Source: Ostreococcus lucimarinus (Eukaryota). From it: DNA of 64,000 bases. The position numbers and the translations under genes are program-made. The notes beneath the pieces are model-generated. The model did not search any database, was not told where the DNA came from, and was given only the letters and a program-made list of their open reading frames with translations. The stretch is taken from assembly GCA_000092065.1 (NCBI GenBank), contig CP000585.1. One strand, written 5' to 3'. Below are positions 38,906-50,285 of this stretch, piece after piece (the stretch's first letter is position 1; each line of letters begins with the position of its first letter).

Positions 38906-40308
38906 TCAATCTTGGTGCTCGCGCACGGCCGCTCGCGCGTCGCGTGCCTCGTGCAACCGAGGGGGCAACCACGATGGGAAGATGGACGCAAACAAGCTAT
39001 ACACGAAAATTTTGATCTCGCCTATGTACGATGTCGGCATCGTCGTGTGCCCCGCCGCGTGCGTCGCCCTGAAAGGGGCGACGATCGGTTGATCTTCGTT
39101 CGCTGCACCGTCGGCGTTTCTTCCCTCGCCGCCGTTTCGTCTCGCATTTTGTCGCTCTAATCCGTTTCTACCGATGTTATCGTTGCCGGTGATCCACCGC
39201 GCGACCGGCGCCAGGGCGCCGGTTTGCTGCAGGTACACTAAGATCGCGACGCCAACGTACATGGCCGTCTTTGCCGCGCTCGCATCCTGCGACATAAAGA
39301 AAACCATCATGGCGAGCTTTAGGATGAGTTTCAAGTCGATGCGAATGTGAATCACTCGCACGCGCGCGCCCGGGGGAATGTTTAGCTCTGGCGGCAGCCC
39401 GTTCTCCATGCGTTGTCGCTGCTGCGCGTCGTCTACTCCGGTGCGCTCGTTCGCAGCATGTTCGCCGCTCGAAGCCGCATCGACGCGTAAAAAGTTGCCC
39501 ACTCCCACGAGCGGTGGTGGACCCGGCGGCGTGGACGACGGCGATAAAGCCGCGAACGCGGCGTAGTACGCGGCTTGATACGTCGCGTTCATCAAAGGCG
39601 ACGTCGCGTGCTCCAGGGCACTCGGCGACGCGCGCGGTGCGTCTTCGCGAAACATCGACACCGGTGATGCGAACGCGTTCGCCGAAACGTCTCCCCGAAA
39701 CATCGCGGGCGTTCCCGGATCGGACGCGCCCGCGTCTCGCGCGTCGCCCCGCGTCGCCGTCGTCTCCCGCGCCTCGCTCGCCGGCACCGCAGTCTCGTGA
39801 CCGCCCTCTTCGCGCGCGTCGCCCTCGCCGCCGCGCGCGTTCACCGCGCCCTCCGCCGTCGTCGTCGTCGTCGCCCGCGAATCCTCCGCCGACGTCTCCC
39901 GCGCGCTTCGCACCACGATGTGCACCACGTACTCCTCCGCCGCGCGCGCCTCTCCCTCCGTCCCCGACTCGTCTACCGTCGCCATTTCCGTTCGCCCGTC
40001 CCCCTCCCCCGCCGTCTCTCCGTACGCCGCGACGCTCTCTCGTCCCCGCGCGAACGCGTCTCGCAGCGTCTCGTCGTCTCGCAAAACCTTCCCCCCGTAA
40101 ATCAGCACCACCGACTCCGCGTTCGGCGCGTCCCACACCGCGTTCACCACGAATCGTCGCTTCAGCGTCCCCACGTCCACGTCCAGGCTCCGCACGCGCA
40201 CCGTGACGTCCGCGTTTTCGCCTCGCGCGTCCGGCGTCGCGCGTTTCAGCGTGATTTTGATCTCGCGTTCGCGTCGTCCCGGTGACGCGTCGCCGCTTCG
40301 CGTCGCCA
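38906..40308 (-). CDS. Ubiquitin-like-domain membrane protein (Herp/Usa1-like architecture); start approximate
   Basis: N-terminal UBL: REIKITLKRATPDARGENADVTVRVRSLDVDVGTLKRRFVVNAVWDAPNAESVVLIYGGKVLRDDETLRDA. A long acidic/Ala-rich linker follows, then C-terminal TM helices (LAMMVFFMSQDASAAKTAMYVGVAILVYL). The track start at 40573 is TTG. The probable start is MATRSGD (~40308, +/-2 nt). Confidence 0.5.
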
Positions 40309-41051
40309 TCGCGCCGTCGGAAACGCGTCGGAAACGGGCCCGCGCGCGCGCGCGTCGCGCGCTCGCGCGCGCGTCGACGCGCGTCGCGTCGCGTCGCGTC
40401 GCGTCGCCGTCTGCGTCTCTTTTCTGACACACGGACGCAAAGAGGCGACGCCACGCATGAGATATCACACGGACCCAAAGAGGCGACGCGACGCGTGCGT
40501 CCGAGACGCGACGCATGCGTCTGACACACGGACCACACGCGCGCGCCGACGCGCCGCCTCCGCCGCGACGCAATCCGCGACGCGCGAACCGACGCGACGA
40601 ACGACGCAGAATGATCTCGCGCGCGACGACGGTGGCGATCGCGCCGAACGCACGCGCGCAAACCCACGCGCGCCAACGACGCGCGCCGAGCGTGCGGGCG
40701 TCGACGTCGGCGCCGACGCTGGGCGGACGACGATCGGCGATCGTCGGCGGCGGCGCGGTGGCGCTCGAACAGCGCGCGATGGCGACGCGCGCGGAGCGAC
40801 GACGGGTGGTGACGTGCGTGAAAACGAAGCGATGCGCGCGAGAGGGGTCGGACGCGACGAAAACGGCGACGGGCGAACGCGGGGGGGGGGGGATGAGTGA
40901 ACGCGCGCGAGAGAGAGAGAGGGTTTGCCGTCGACGCGAGAGAGAGAGAGGGCGCGAGGGCGAGACGCGGTGCGGGAGAGACGCGGTGCCGGAGGGTGCG
41001 AAGGAAAGGGGATGAAGACTGACGAGGAGGCGCGTTTTCGGAACGTCGCAG

Positions 41052-42051
41052 TCGCGCCGGTGGTGTGGCGAAAGCCGCGCCGGGCGAACCGAAGAAGGTG
41101 TTCGGGTTGACCTTGCCGGAGGGCGAAGGGATCTCTTTCGCGATTCTCGCCGCCGGTTCCCTCGGTTCCGCGCTCGGTTTCGCCGCGCTTCAAGAGGGCG
41201 TGTTCCGCATTCCGGGCTTCAAGTTCTCGGCGTGGATGACGGTTTTGACGACGTTTACGTACTTTTTGTGCGGCGCGCTCGAGATGAAGCTCACCAAAGA
41301 CTCCCGTAAGGGTTCTTGGAAGAACTACGGTATTCTTTCCGTGTACACCTACGGTGGTATGGCTTTGACCAACTACGCGTTGTCCTACTTGAACTACGCC
41401 ACCCGCATCGTGTTCAAGTCCGCGAAGATCATCCCCGTCATGGCCTTCTCCGTCTTGATCGTCGGCAAGAAGTACAACTGGAAGGAGTGGTTGTCGGCGG
41501 CGATTCTCGTCGCGGGCATCGTCCTCTTCACCCTCGGTGACGTCGCGTCCTCCCCGGCGTTCGCGCCGATCGGTGTTGCGCTCATCGCCGCCGCCTTGTG
41601 CGTCGATGCGATCTGCGCTAACTTCGAGGAGAAGAACTTCTTCCGTTGCGAAACCCCGTCGACGACGCAGGAAGTGCTCTGCTACGCGTCCTTGATCGGT
41701 ACCGCGTACGGTCTCGTCCCGCTCATCGCGTCCGGTGGCCTCGCTCCGGCGCTCGCTTTCTCTCAAGCGAACCCGCAAGTGGTGCCGATGATCATGGCCT
41801 TCTCCGTCATGGGCTACTCTTCCGTGTCTTTCATCCTCTCCCTCATCAAGTACTTCGGTGCCACCGAGGCTGAAATCGTGAAGTCGCTCCGCAAGGTGCT
41901 CTCCATCGTGATCTCCTTCGCCCTCTTCCCGAAGGAACTCAACTGGAAGTACATCGCTGGTTTCGCCGCCGTCGTCGTCTCCACGGTCTACACCTTCTAC
42001 CTCAAGCAACAAAAGAACGCCGCCAAGGCTGCCGCCAAGGCTGCGGAATAA
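41052..42051 (+). CDS. SLC35B-type (UAA family) nucleotide-sugar/PAPS transporter; 3' exon, first exon not located
   Basis: FAILAAGSLGSALGFAALQEGVFRIPGFKFSAWMTVLTTFTYFLCGALEMKL...YGGMALTNYALSYLNYATRIVFKSAKIIPVMAFSVLIVGKKY aligns with human SLC35B1. The frame is open only from 41023 and the 'M' at 41065 is a GTG with no in-frame ATG. An ACTGAC branch at 41016-41021 plus CAG at 41049-41051 implies an intron acceptor here. The stop at 42049-42051 is a clean TAA. Confidence 0.7.
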
Positions 42052-42463
42052 TTCCGCCCGTCTTTCTCGCCGAGAAGGAGTGCGTTTTTTTTTCGAAGGG
42101 ACAATTGAAATTTATCGACCACTTCGTTTAGCACGAAGTTTATTAGGGCAAACGATGGATTGGGTCGTCCGCTTTCTCGTCCGATCGAGCAAGCGCTTTC
42201 GAGTCATCGTTCGTCAATCGATTTAATTATGATGCATCACAAACACAGTTTTCGGTTCGTTCGCGTTCGCTTTTTCGTCGAGGTTTCTTGAAGTAAATAT
42301 TGATTGCAGAATTCTATGTGTGCAATTAATCAACGCAACGCGGCGCATCATTACGATGCCCGCGCCGTCACTTCTCGCTAGGGAAGTGCGAGCCACAAAC
42401 GCTCGGCGGAAGATCGAACGTCCTCGACGCGTATGTTTAGGCCAAAACTTGCGCCGGCTTGAC

Positions 42464-44053
42464 TTAGGCGACGGCGTCGAAGTCAACCGGGTCGGACTTC
42501 CAGATGAGGAAGACGAACACGGAAACCAATTGAAGGGCAGCGATCGGGAAGAACAAGGAGTACGCCCAGTTGCCGCCGGTCATGGAAAGGAAAAGACCGG
42601 TGAAGAAGGTGGAAAGAGTCGACGCGATGGCCGCCGCCGTGTTGGTGACGCCCAACATGATGGACGCGTACTTCGGCGAAAGGTCTTGGTGACCGCAGAA
42701 CAAACCAGTGCGGATGAACGCGGCGAAGCCGAAGGTGACGGACAGGAGACCGACAACCATGCCGATGGTTTGGTTCGTCACCGCGGCCACCGGGGTGGCG
42801 TTCACGATCAAGCCAATCATCGTGAGCGTCACGGCGCCGACGCCAAAGCAGAGCGTCTGCGAGCCCTTGCGAATTTGCGTTCGCGTGAGCTTCTTCTTCG
42901 CCTCGAGTTCACCGGCGAGTGGGGCGATGAGCGCGGTCACGATGACGGTGGACAAGTAAGGAAGAATGGAGAGGAAAGACGACTTGGACAAAGTCACGCC
43001 CATGGCGCTCGCCAAGAAGGACGGCAACCACGCGAGCAAGCCGTAGGAAAAGTAGTTCCACGTAAAGTGCGCGACGGTGAGCGCCCAAAACTGCGGGTTG
43101 CGCACAAAGGCGGCCCACGGGATGGAGAGACCCTTCTTAGCGCCGGTGGTTTCGACTTCCTTCATGTCCGTGGAGGAATCGCGCATGTAGGAGATGAACC
43201 ACCACGCGCCCCAGAAGAAGCCGAGGGCGCCGAACAAGTAAAAGACGGCGGCCCAGCCGCCGAGGTGGAAGATGATCGGCGGCGCGATGAGCAAACCCAA
43301 CAACGAGCCGACGTCGAGACCGCCGAAGGCGGAGGTCACGGCCTTCGATCGCTGGCTCGGCGGAACGCCCTTCGCCAACACGCCGGTCGCCGCGGACGGC
43401 GCGACGCCTTCGCCGAGACCGACCAAGAATCTCGACGCGAGCAGCGCCGGCATGCCGAGCGCCGCGCACCACGGCGCGATGAGCGTACCGAACGACCAGA
43501 GCATGACGCCCCAGAACAAGACGGCTTTACCGCCGTACTTACTCGCCAACCACCCACCCGGGATCTGCGTGAACGAATAACCCCAGAAGAACGCGGACGC
43601 GACCAAGCCCTTTTGCGTCGCCGTCCACCCGAACGACTCCGCCATCGGCACGATGGCCACCGACATGTTCACCTTGTCCAAGTTACACAGCACGAACGCG
43701 ATGAACAGCGCGAACACCATCCCCCATCGCTTCTTTTGCCCTCCCTCGGTCATATCGAACACCTCTTCCTCCGGCGGATCGTTCGGGTTGATCTCGATCG
43801 CCCCGCCCCCCGCGCGTCTCGCCGCGCGCGCCGCGCGCTTTTGCCCTAAGCCGATCGCCGATCGCGTCTCTCGCGCGCTTTTCGCGCCCACCGTCGACGC
43901 GCGCGAGGCGCGCGCCCCCTCACATCGCGCGATCGTCACCGTCTCCGCCCGCATCGCCCGCGCGCGCGTCCCTCGTCGTCGCCTCGTCGTCGTCGTCGTC
44001 GCCCGCGCCGTCGCGTTCGCCATCGCCGTCGCGTTCGCCATCGCCGACATCAT
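42464..44053 (-). CDS. MFS anion/phosphate transporter (PHT4/ANTR, SLC17-like) with a plastid-type transit peptide
   Basis: 12-TM MFS with GWLASKYGGKAVLFWGVMLWSFGTLIAPW. N-terminus: MMSAMANATAMANATARATTTTTRRRRGTRARA... The ATG was verified. Confidence 0.8.
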   Translation of the reverse strand: MMSAMANATAMANATARATTTTTRRRRGTRARAMRAETVTIARCEGARASRASTVGAKSARETRSAIGLGQKRAARAARRAGGGAIEINPNDPPEEEVFDMTEGGQKKRWGMVFALFIAFVLCNLDKVNMSVAIVPMAESFGWTATQKGLVASAFFWGYSFTQIPGGWLASKYGGKAVLFWGVMLWSFGTLIAPWCAALGMPALLASRFLVGLGEGVAPSAATGVLAKGVPPSQRSKAVTSAFGGLDVGSLLGLLIAPPIIFHLGGWAAVFYLFGALGFFWGAWWFISYMRDSSTDMKEVETTGAKKGLSIPWAAFVRNPQFWALTVAHFTWNYFSYGLLAWLPSFLASAMGVTLSKSSFLSILPYLSTVIVTALIAPLAGELEAKKKLTRTQIRKGSQTLCFGVGAVTLTMIGLIVNATPVAAVTNQTIGMVVGLLSVTFGFAAFIRTGLFCGHQDLSPKYASIMLGVTNTAAAIASTLSTFFTGLFLSMTGGNWAYSLFFPIAALQLVSVFVFLIWKSDPVDFDAVA

Positions 44054-44426
44054 CGTCGCGCGCGTCGCGCGTTTTGACGCCCGCGGTCCGGTGCGCCGTC
44101 GCGCGTTCGAACGCCGTTCGATCGACGGTCTCGCGAGTCGGGTCGATCGCGATTCGCACGTCGCGCGCCGTCGTCTCGCGTCGCGTCGCGTCGATCGCGC
44201 GATCGCGCGATCCGCCGCCGGCGCGCCGAGCCGTTCGAACGCGCGTTTCAGTACACCTAAACCCTATACTTTTTTATGTATTTCGCGCGCGCGTCGTGAT
44301 CTTTGATGCGGTCGAACAGGCGTCGAAGGCGACGATGCGAGACGACGCGAGACGACGCGGCGTCGCGGTCGGTCGCGCGCGGCGATCGGCGTTCGCGACG
44401 TCACTCGACGGGCGACGACGACGACG

Positions 44427-44897
44427 ATGATGATGGCGATGACGACGACGACGACGACGTCGATGAACGCGGGACGACGACGAGACGCGAGGACGTCGTT
44501 CGGACGCGCGACGACGACGCGGGCGACGCGGGCGACGCGCGCGACGACGACGACGACGACGGCGTTCCTGAACTTTGGCGGGAACAGGGCCGCCGCGGGG
44601 GGGGCGGTGGACGCGACGCCGTACGTGTGCGTCGACTGCGGGTACGTGTACAGGGGGGGGGACTTTAAGAAGTTGCCGAACTCGTACCGGTGCCCGACGT
44701 GCAACGTCGGGAAGAATCGATTCAAGGCGCAGGGAGGGTCGTCGATGCTGGCGCAAAAGAAGGCGAACAAGGCGGCGTTTCGGGCGAGACGCGAGGCGGC
44801 GAGCAAGGGAGGGAAGGCGACGAGCGGACGCGAGGCGTTGAAGCAAAAGATGATGGACGCGCAGGCGGAGAAGGATAAAAAGCGCGGGTGGTTTTAA
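44427..44897 (+). CDS. Rubredoxin-domain protein with a transit peptide
   Basis: YVCVDCGYVYRGGDFKKLPNSYRCPTCNVGKNRF (CxxCG...CPxC rubredoxin knuckles). The N-terminus is T/R/A-rich. The ATG was verified. Confidence 0.75.
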   Translation: MMMAMTTTTTTSMNAGRRRDARTSFGRATTTRATRATRATTTTTTAFLNFGGNRAAAGGAVDATPYVCVDCGYVYRGGDFKKLPNSYRCPTCNVGKNRFKAQGGSSMLAQKKANKAAFRARREAASKGGKATSGREALKQKMMDAQAEKDKKRGWF

Positions 44898-44995
44898 ACG
44901 TCGATCGAACGGACGCCGAGGCGCGAAAATCGAAGCGCTTCTCGCTTTTAATTAAAGACCTCTTCTACTCGAGCGCGCGACGATCGTCGTCTCGT

Positions 44996-45929
44996 CTAGT
45001 CCAAAACCTTGGCGACGACGCCCGCGCCGACGGTGCGACCGCCCTCGCGAAGGGCGAAGCGCAAACCGGGCTCCATCGCCACCGGATGGATGAGCTCGAA
45101 GACGGCGGTGACGTTGTCGCCCGGCATGACCATCTCCGTGCCCTCGGGCAAGGTGATGTTGCCGGTGATGTCAGCCGTGCGCATGAAAAATTGCGGGCGA
45201 TAGTTGGAGAAAAACGGCGTGTGTCGACCGCCCTCTTCCTTCTTCAGCACGTAAATCTCAGCCTCGAACTTGCTGTGCGGCTTGATCGACCCGGGCTTGC
45301 ACAAGACTTGCCCGCGCAAAATTTCGTCGCGCTTCAACCCGCGAAGCAACAACCCGCAGTTGTCGCCGGCTTGACCTTCGTTGAGCGTCTTCTTGAACAT
45401 CTCCACCCCGGTCACCGTGGTCTTCTTCGTGGGCGTGATGCCGACGACGTCGACGTCGTCACCGGTGCGAATGATGCCTTGCTCGACGCGACCGGTGGCG
45501 ACGGTGCCGCGGCCTTGAATGCTAAACACGTCTTCGACGGGCATCGAGAACGGCTTGTCCAAAGCGCGCGCGGGTTCGGGGATGTATTCATCGATCGCCT
45601 TCATCAATTCAACGATCTTGTCTTTCCCGATCGCGGGCTCCGTGCCCTTCAACGCGTGCAAAGCCGAGCCTTTAATGATCGGAATGTCGTCGCCGGGAAA
45701 CTTGTAAAAGCTCAACAATTCGCGAAGCTCCATCTCGACCAACTCCACGAGCTCTTCGTCGTCCACCATGTCCACCTTATTCATGAACACCACGAGCGAT
45801 GGCACGCCAACTTGTCGGGCGAGCAAAATGTGTTCCCGCGTCTGCGGCATCGGCCCATCCGCCGCGCTCACGACGAGAATCCCGCCGTCCATCTGCGCCG
45901 CCCCGGTGATCATATTCTTCACGTAATCC

Positions 45930-45963
<34 letters not shown>

Positions 45964-46363
45964 TCGTCGCCGTCTCGTACTCCACGTGCGAGGTCGAGAT
46001 CGTGATCCCTCTCGCCTTCTCCTCGGGCGCCTTATCGATCTGATCGAACGCGATCTCCTTCGCGCCTCCGATCTCCGCCATCACCTTCGTGATCGCCGCC
46101 GTGAGCGTCGTCTTCCCGTGATCGACGTGTCCGATCGTCCCCACGTTCAGGTGCGGCTTCGATCGCGTGTTGATGTCGTACGCCGCGTACGTTCGCCGCA
46201 TCTCGCCTCGTCCCAGCGCGCGTCGCGCCGTCGCCGTCGCCGTCGCCGTCCCCGTCCCCGTCGTCCCCATCATCGCCGCCGCCGAGGTTTCCATCGTCGC
46301 GTGCGGCGCGCGTCGCGTCGCCGTCACCTTCGCGAGGCGCGTCATCGCGCGTCGCATCGCCAT
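44996..46363 (-). CDS. Elongation factor Tu, mitochondrial type (nuclear-encoded)
   Basis: [26 protein letters not shown]...[26 protein letters not shown]...[11 protein letters not shown] plus domains II/III. The presequence is [20 protein letters not shown]. The ATG at 46361-46363 was located by reverse-complement match. The 5' remainder of the track ORF is junk. Confidence 0.92.
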
Positions 46364-46639
46364 CGTCGAGACGCGCGAGCCGTCGCGGTGTGACGCGCGT
46401 CGGTCGCGCCGCGCATCCGATTCCCATCGTTCGCGCGATTCGCGTCGACGCTTTCGTCGGCGCGTCGCGGACGCGTCTCGTGCGCGTCTCGGGACGGGAT
46501 TTGGTGCGACGTGTCCGAATGTCCGAACGTGCGCATCCAACCGATCGTGTGGGTAAACAGTCCGCGGTGTGGATCGCGCGCGACGGTCCGCGGCGCGGAT
46601 TCGAATCCGCGGCATCGCGCGTCGCGACGGACGACGACG

Positions 46640-47650
46640 ATGGCGAACGCGACGCGACGACGAAAAAGCCGCGACGACGAAAGAGACGACGCCGAGAGCG
46701 ACGAAAAAGACGCGCGGACGACGACGACGCGGACGCGGACGGCGACGACGCGGAAAGGCGGAGACGAGGCGGACGCGCGGACGCGCGATGGGAAAAAAGA
46801 TGCGGACGACGACGGCGCGGAAGACGACGGACGGGACGAGACGCTGGAGCGAGGGAACAGCGAGTACGTGGGGGTGCGAGACGAGGACGCGGCGGCGCTG
46901 TCGCGACGGTACGCGGAAAACGCGGAGGCGCGGTTGACGCGAGCGGGGAAGGACGCGGAGACGATGAGCGCGGAGGAACGGGAACGGTTGACGAGCGAGG
47001 TGATGCGGTACGTGCTGTTCGCGTCGCATCAAAATCGAGGCGCGCCGGTGCTGCGAAGCAAGATCGGGGAGGCGATGAGCGCGATCGGGGGGGCGGGAAC
47101 GAAGAAGGGGGCGGGATCGTACATCGTGGCGCTGGCGCAAAAGAAATTTTTGGATATTTTTGGGTTTGAAATGATAGAGCTCTCGCGGGCGCAAAGTCGG
47201 AATAAGAGACCGGCCAAGACGGTGAACGAATCGCAAGCGGCTTCGGCGAAGTGCTACGCGTTGCGAAGCGTTCTTCCGGCGCAGATGCGAAGGAAATTCG
47301 TGGACGATCCGTCGGCGACGGCGGCGCGCGGATTCGCCATCGTCGTCGCCGCGCTCGTGCAAATCTCAAACGGTTGCATTCGCGAGGAAACGCTGTTCGA
47401 GCAACTCGCCCAGCTCGGCGTGGTGTCGGGTGAGCATCTCAGCGAAAATCACGCCGAACTTGGCGATGTGCGTGCATTAATGGCGCTGCTCGTAAAGCGA
47501 CGCATCTTCATGCGCGAGCACTCGAGTTACGACGATCCGACGATGGGGTACTCCTACGAGCTCGCCGAAGGTGCGGAAGCCATCATCGGCTACGAAAACA
47601 TCGATAAATTCATCAACGAGTCCATGCGCTCGCAAATTGCGACGGTTTAG
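46640..47650 (+). CDS. MAGE-homology-domain protein (NSE3/non-SMC element 3-like)
   Basis: [34 protein letters not shown]...[21 protein letters not shown]... resembles a MAGE winged-helix pair. The N-terminus is an acidic/basic low-complexity tail. The track start at 46511 is GTG. The ATG at 46640 was verified. Confidence 0.45.
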   Translation: MANATRRRKSRDDERDDAESDEKDARTTTTRTRTATTRKGGDEADARTRDGKKDADDDGAEDDGRDETLERGNSEYVGVRDEDAAALSRRYAENAEARLTRAGKDAETMSAEERERLTSEVMRYVLFASHQNRGAPVLRSKIGEAMSAIGGAGTKKGAGSYIVALAQKKFLDIFGFEMIELSRAQSRNKRPAKTVNESQAASAKCYALRSVLPAQMRRKFVDDPSATAARGFAIVVAALVQISNGCIREETLFEQLAQLGVVSGEHLSENHAELGDVRALMALLVKRRIFMREHSSYDDPTMGYSYELAEGAEAIIGYENIDKFINESMRSQIATV

Positions 47651-47744
47651 CTGTAATTGTTCGTTTTTAACGCGAACCGAAACTCCTCTTCCATTTCGAC
47701 GTGCTCGCCCCTCGAGTCTTCAAACGTCCGCGCGTCGACGAATC

Positions 47745-48575
47745 ATGGCCTTCTTCGCCCGCGCGGCGAAAGAAATCCCTCCGGGGATCACGAGTGACGA
47801 CGTGCGATACATCTCGATCACCATCGTCGCCCTGACGTGCGTTTTCGTGACGTTGAATCGGTTCCTCTGTCCCAAGTTTGCCCCGAGGTTCATGCGTAAA
47901 GAGCCGTTCTTGCTCGCGTTTGAGCTCACGTGCTTCGCGCCGTTGGCGTATTGCGCGTACGTCGGCACCCGTGGATGGTTGTACGACCTCAACGTCGGCT
48001 ACGAGACGCCGCATCAGCGGCTGCACAAACCCCTTCCGTTGAGCTCGCGGAAGATGATTTTGTGCAACTGCGCGTTTCAAATCTGGGACTTCATTATTTC
48101 GCTGCGACACGCGCAGTTGAACTCGATCGAGATGTTGATGCATCACGCCCTAGCCGCGGCGTTGTGCTTGGCGGGTTTGCACATTGGATTTGGGCAGTAT
48201 TACGGCTTGTTCTTTATGGGCGTCACGGAGACGTCTTCGCTCCCGCTCGTGTGGGTGGATCTCGGAAAGTATTATCCAGAGCTCGCGAAGCGATGTTCCG
48301 GCATGGATTTACTCGCGAAGGTGATATTCGGTCTGATGTTTATAGCCGTTCGTGACGTTTTGTTCATGAAACATTCCATCACGCTTTGGAAGGATTCGTT
48401 CGCGGTGCTCGCCGCGGGCACGGCTAAATTCCCAGGCGTCACGAAGGCGTTCTTGGTGACCAATCTCTTCTTCAACGTCTTGCAAATCGCTTGGACGAAG
48501 AAGCTGCTCGATGGACTATTTGAACTGATCAACGGGGGCGGCAAGGACGAGGCGGACAAGGACAAGGAAGAGTAG
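47745..48575 (+). CDS. TLC-domain (TRAM/LAG1/CLN8 homology) membrane protein
   Basis: MAFFARAAKEIPPGITSDDVRYISITIVALTCVF... with 6 TM helices, a conserved HHALAAALCLAGLH, and a lysine-rich KDEADKDKEE C-terminus. The ATG at 47745 was verified, 95 bp after the previous gene's stop. Confidence 0.55.
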   Translation: MAFFARAAKEIPPGITSDDVRYISITIVALTCVFVTLNRFLCPKFAPRFMRKEPFLLAFELTCFAPLAYCAYVGTRGWLYDLNVGYETPHQRLHKPLPLSSRKMILCNCAFQIWDFIISLRHAQLNSIEMLMHHALAAALCLAGLHIGFGQYYGLFFMGVTETSSLPLVWVDLGKYYPELAKRCSGMDLLAKVIFGLMFIAVRDVLFMKHSITLWKDSFAVLAAGTAKFPGVTKAFLVTNLFFNVLQIAWTKKLLDGLFELINGGGKDEADKDKEE

Positions 48576-48587
48576 ACTAAACGACTT

Positions 48588-48592
48588 GTAAA
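48588..48592 (+). promoter_or_regulatory. TGTAA poly(A) signal downstream of the TLC gene
   Basis: TGTAA lies 13 nt after the TAG stop. Confidence 0.45.
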
Positions 48593-48611
48593 TATTGAAA
48601 GTGTGAGCGCG

Positions 48612-50171
48612 TTATTGCACTCGACATCCGTGCGTACCCGGTGAGTCTAATCTATCAATCACTCTGCTCGCGTCGAGGTGCTTACCCGGTGACCGCGTCG
48701 AGCGATCGAATAACGCGCGACGCGTGCCATCCGGAGTGGCATCCGGTTCCGGATGCGACGCGTATGACCGTGGCGTCCTCGGCGAATCGCGCGCGAGGTG
48801 TACTCTCGACGCTTGAGAATCCTTAAACGTCACTCGTCGCGGAGACGAGGAGACTTGCCCGAGTCTCGAGGGCGTCGTCGGCATCGAAACAGTTCTCACT
48901 CGCGATGGCGTCGATGGTGCGCTGGCACCAGTTTGATGGGTGGAGTCTCGACTCGTGTTCAATACGGTTTCGTACCCTTCTCTGCGCATCCTCGCGAGCT
49001 CGCTCAGCAAGCGATCTCGACTGAGCAAAAGCTCTTGCTCTGTCGCGCTCGCGACGGCCACGGCGTGAGATGAGCGACGACGAACGTCCGCTAATTCGCC
49101 CTCGTGCTTTAACTCCAGCTCTTCTATTCGATTTTTAGCCTCATTCAACTGCGACTCTAGCTGTCGCTGGCGTTGGAACTCTTCCGCCTCGCGTTGGCGC
49201 AGGTAGTCTCCCTCGCTCATCAGGGCCTCTTCCATGCGTTCGCGCGTTGATCTAGCGTCCGCCAGCTCTCTATCTAGACGCTCGATTTCCATCGTCGCCG
49301 CCGCCGCTGTATCTTCCATCTCAGTCGCGTGCACGAGCGCCTCGTCGAGCTGCTCCCTGAGCTCGGACGAGTACGCTTTTTCGACTTGTAAATTCTCTCG
49401 TACCAACTTCAACTCCTTCTCCCTGTTCTCTAATCTCTCCTTCAGCGAACTCACGCGTTTCTGCAACTCCGCGCTGAGCTTGGTCTCCGACCGCAGCGCG
49501 CTCTCGAGCGATTCCCGCCCCGCGGCCTCGGCCGCCAGAAGTTCATCCTTTGCTTGCAGAGCGATTTCCATAGCGCCAAAGGTATCGATGATTCTCCCTC
49601 GCGTGTCCATCGTCGACCCCGAGTGCTGCGGAGAGTCGATATAGGCACCAGAATTAACCTCGCCCGGCGATGCCGCCGTCGGTATCAGCGCTCGCACGCG
49701 CGCGTCTCGAGGCTTTTCCGCCCGCGCGTTCGCCCGCTTCGTCCCGTTCGCTCGCGCGTCCCGAAACGCTTCCACGAACGCCGTCGCCTCCCCGGGCGTC
49801 TCCGCGCACAAAAACACACCATCATTCACATTCTTCACCTCGATGTACACCCCACATCCCGCCTTCCCTCGTTCGCCGTGTATGTTCAACGACGACGCGA
49901 CGCACCCGCGCACGTCGTCGAGCGCCACCGACGAGCTCGCCTTATCGCTCGTCGCGTCCTTCCGAAACTCCAATCGATCGCCCACGACGCGCGCGAAGCG
50001 ACGATTCCAGCACTTCGTCACGTCGTTGCGCTTCGAGATCCACATCCCTCGCCGCAGGCATCCGTCGTCGTCGCCGTCGTCCGCGGCGTCGTTCGCGACG
50101 TCATCGCCTCTCGCGCGCGCGCCGTCGACGCTCGACGCGCGCGCGTTCGCCGTCGACGCCGCGTTGGGCAT
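48612..50171 (-). CDS. PH-domain protein with a long C-terminal coiled coil
   Basis: PH-like block: GMWISKRNDVTKCWNRRFARVVGDRLEFRKDATSDKASSSVALDDVRGCVASSLNIHGERGKAGCGVYIEVKNVNDGVFLCAETPGEATAFVEAFRDA. It is followed by ~250 aa of heptad-rich E/L/R sequence. The ATG was verified. Confidence 0.6.
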   Translation of the reverse strand: MPNAASTANARASSVDGARARGDDVANDAADDGDDDGCLRRGMWISKRNDVTKCWNRRFARVVGDRLEFRKDATSDKASSSVALDDVRGCVASSLNIHGERGKAGCGVYIEVKNVNDGVFLCAETPGEATAFVEAFRDARANGTKRANARAEKPRDARVRALIPTAASPGEVNSGAYIDSPQHSGSTMDTRGRIIDTFGAMEIALQAKDELLAAEAAGRESLESALRSETKLSAELQKRVSSLKERLENREKELKLVRENLQVEKAYSSELREQLDEALVHATEMEDTAAAATMEIERLDRELADARSTRERMEEALMSEGDYLRQREAEEFQRQRQLESQLNEAKNRIEELELKHEGELADVRRRSSHAVAVASATEQELLLSRDRLLSELARMRREGYETVLNTSRDSTHQTGASAPSTPSRVRTVSMPTTPSRLGQVSSSPRRVTFKDSQASRVHLARDSPRTPRSYASHPEPDATPDGTRRALFDRSTRSPGKHLDASRVIDRLDSPGTHGCRVQ

Positions 50172-50285
50172 CGTCGGTGACGCCGCGCGCGCGCGCGACG
50201 CCGTCGCCGTCGCGCGCGCGCGACCGGAGTCGCCGTCTGACGCCGCGACGCAACGGTCGGTCCCGCGTCAGACGGCGACGCGCGA

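Noticed and set aside
40861-41015. ATG-initiated ORF 40925..41110 / 'MSERARERER...' as the first exon of the SLC35B gene
   Set aside because: Its translation is GA-repeat-derived low complexity, and the exon I could build from it ends in the wrong phase for the 41051 acceptor.
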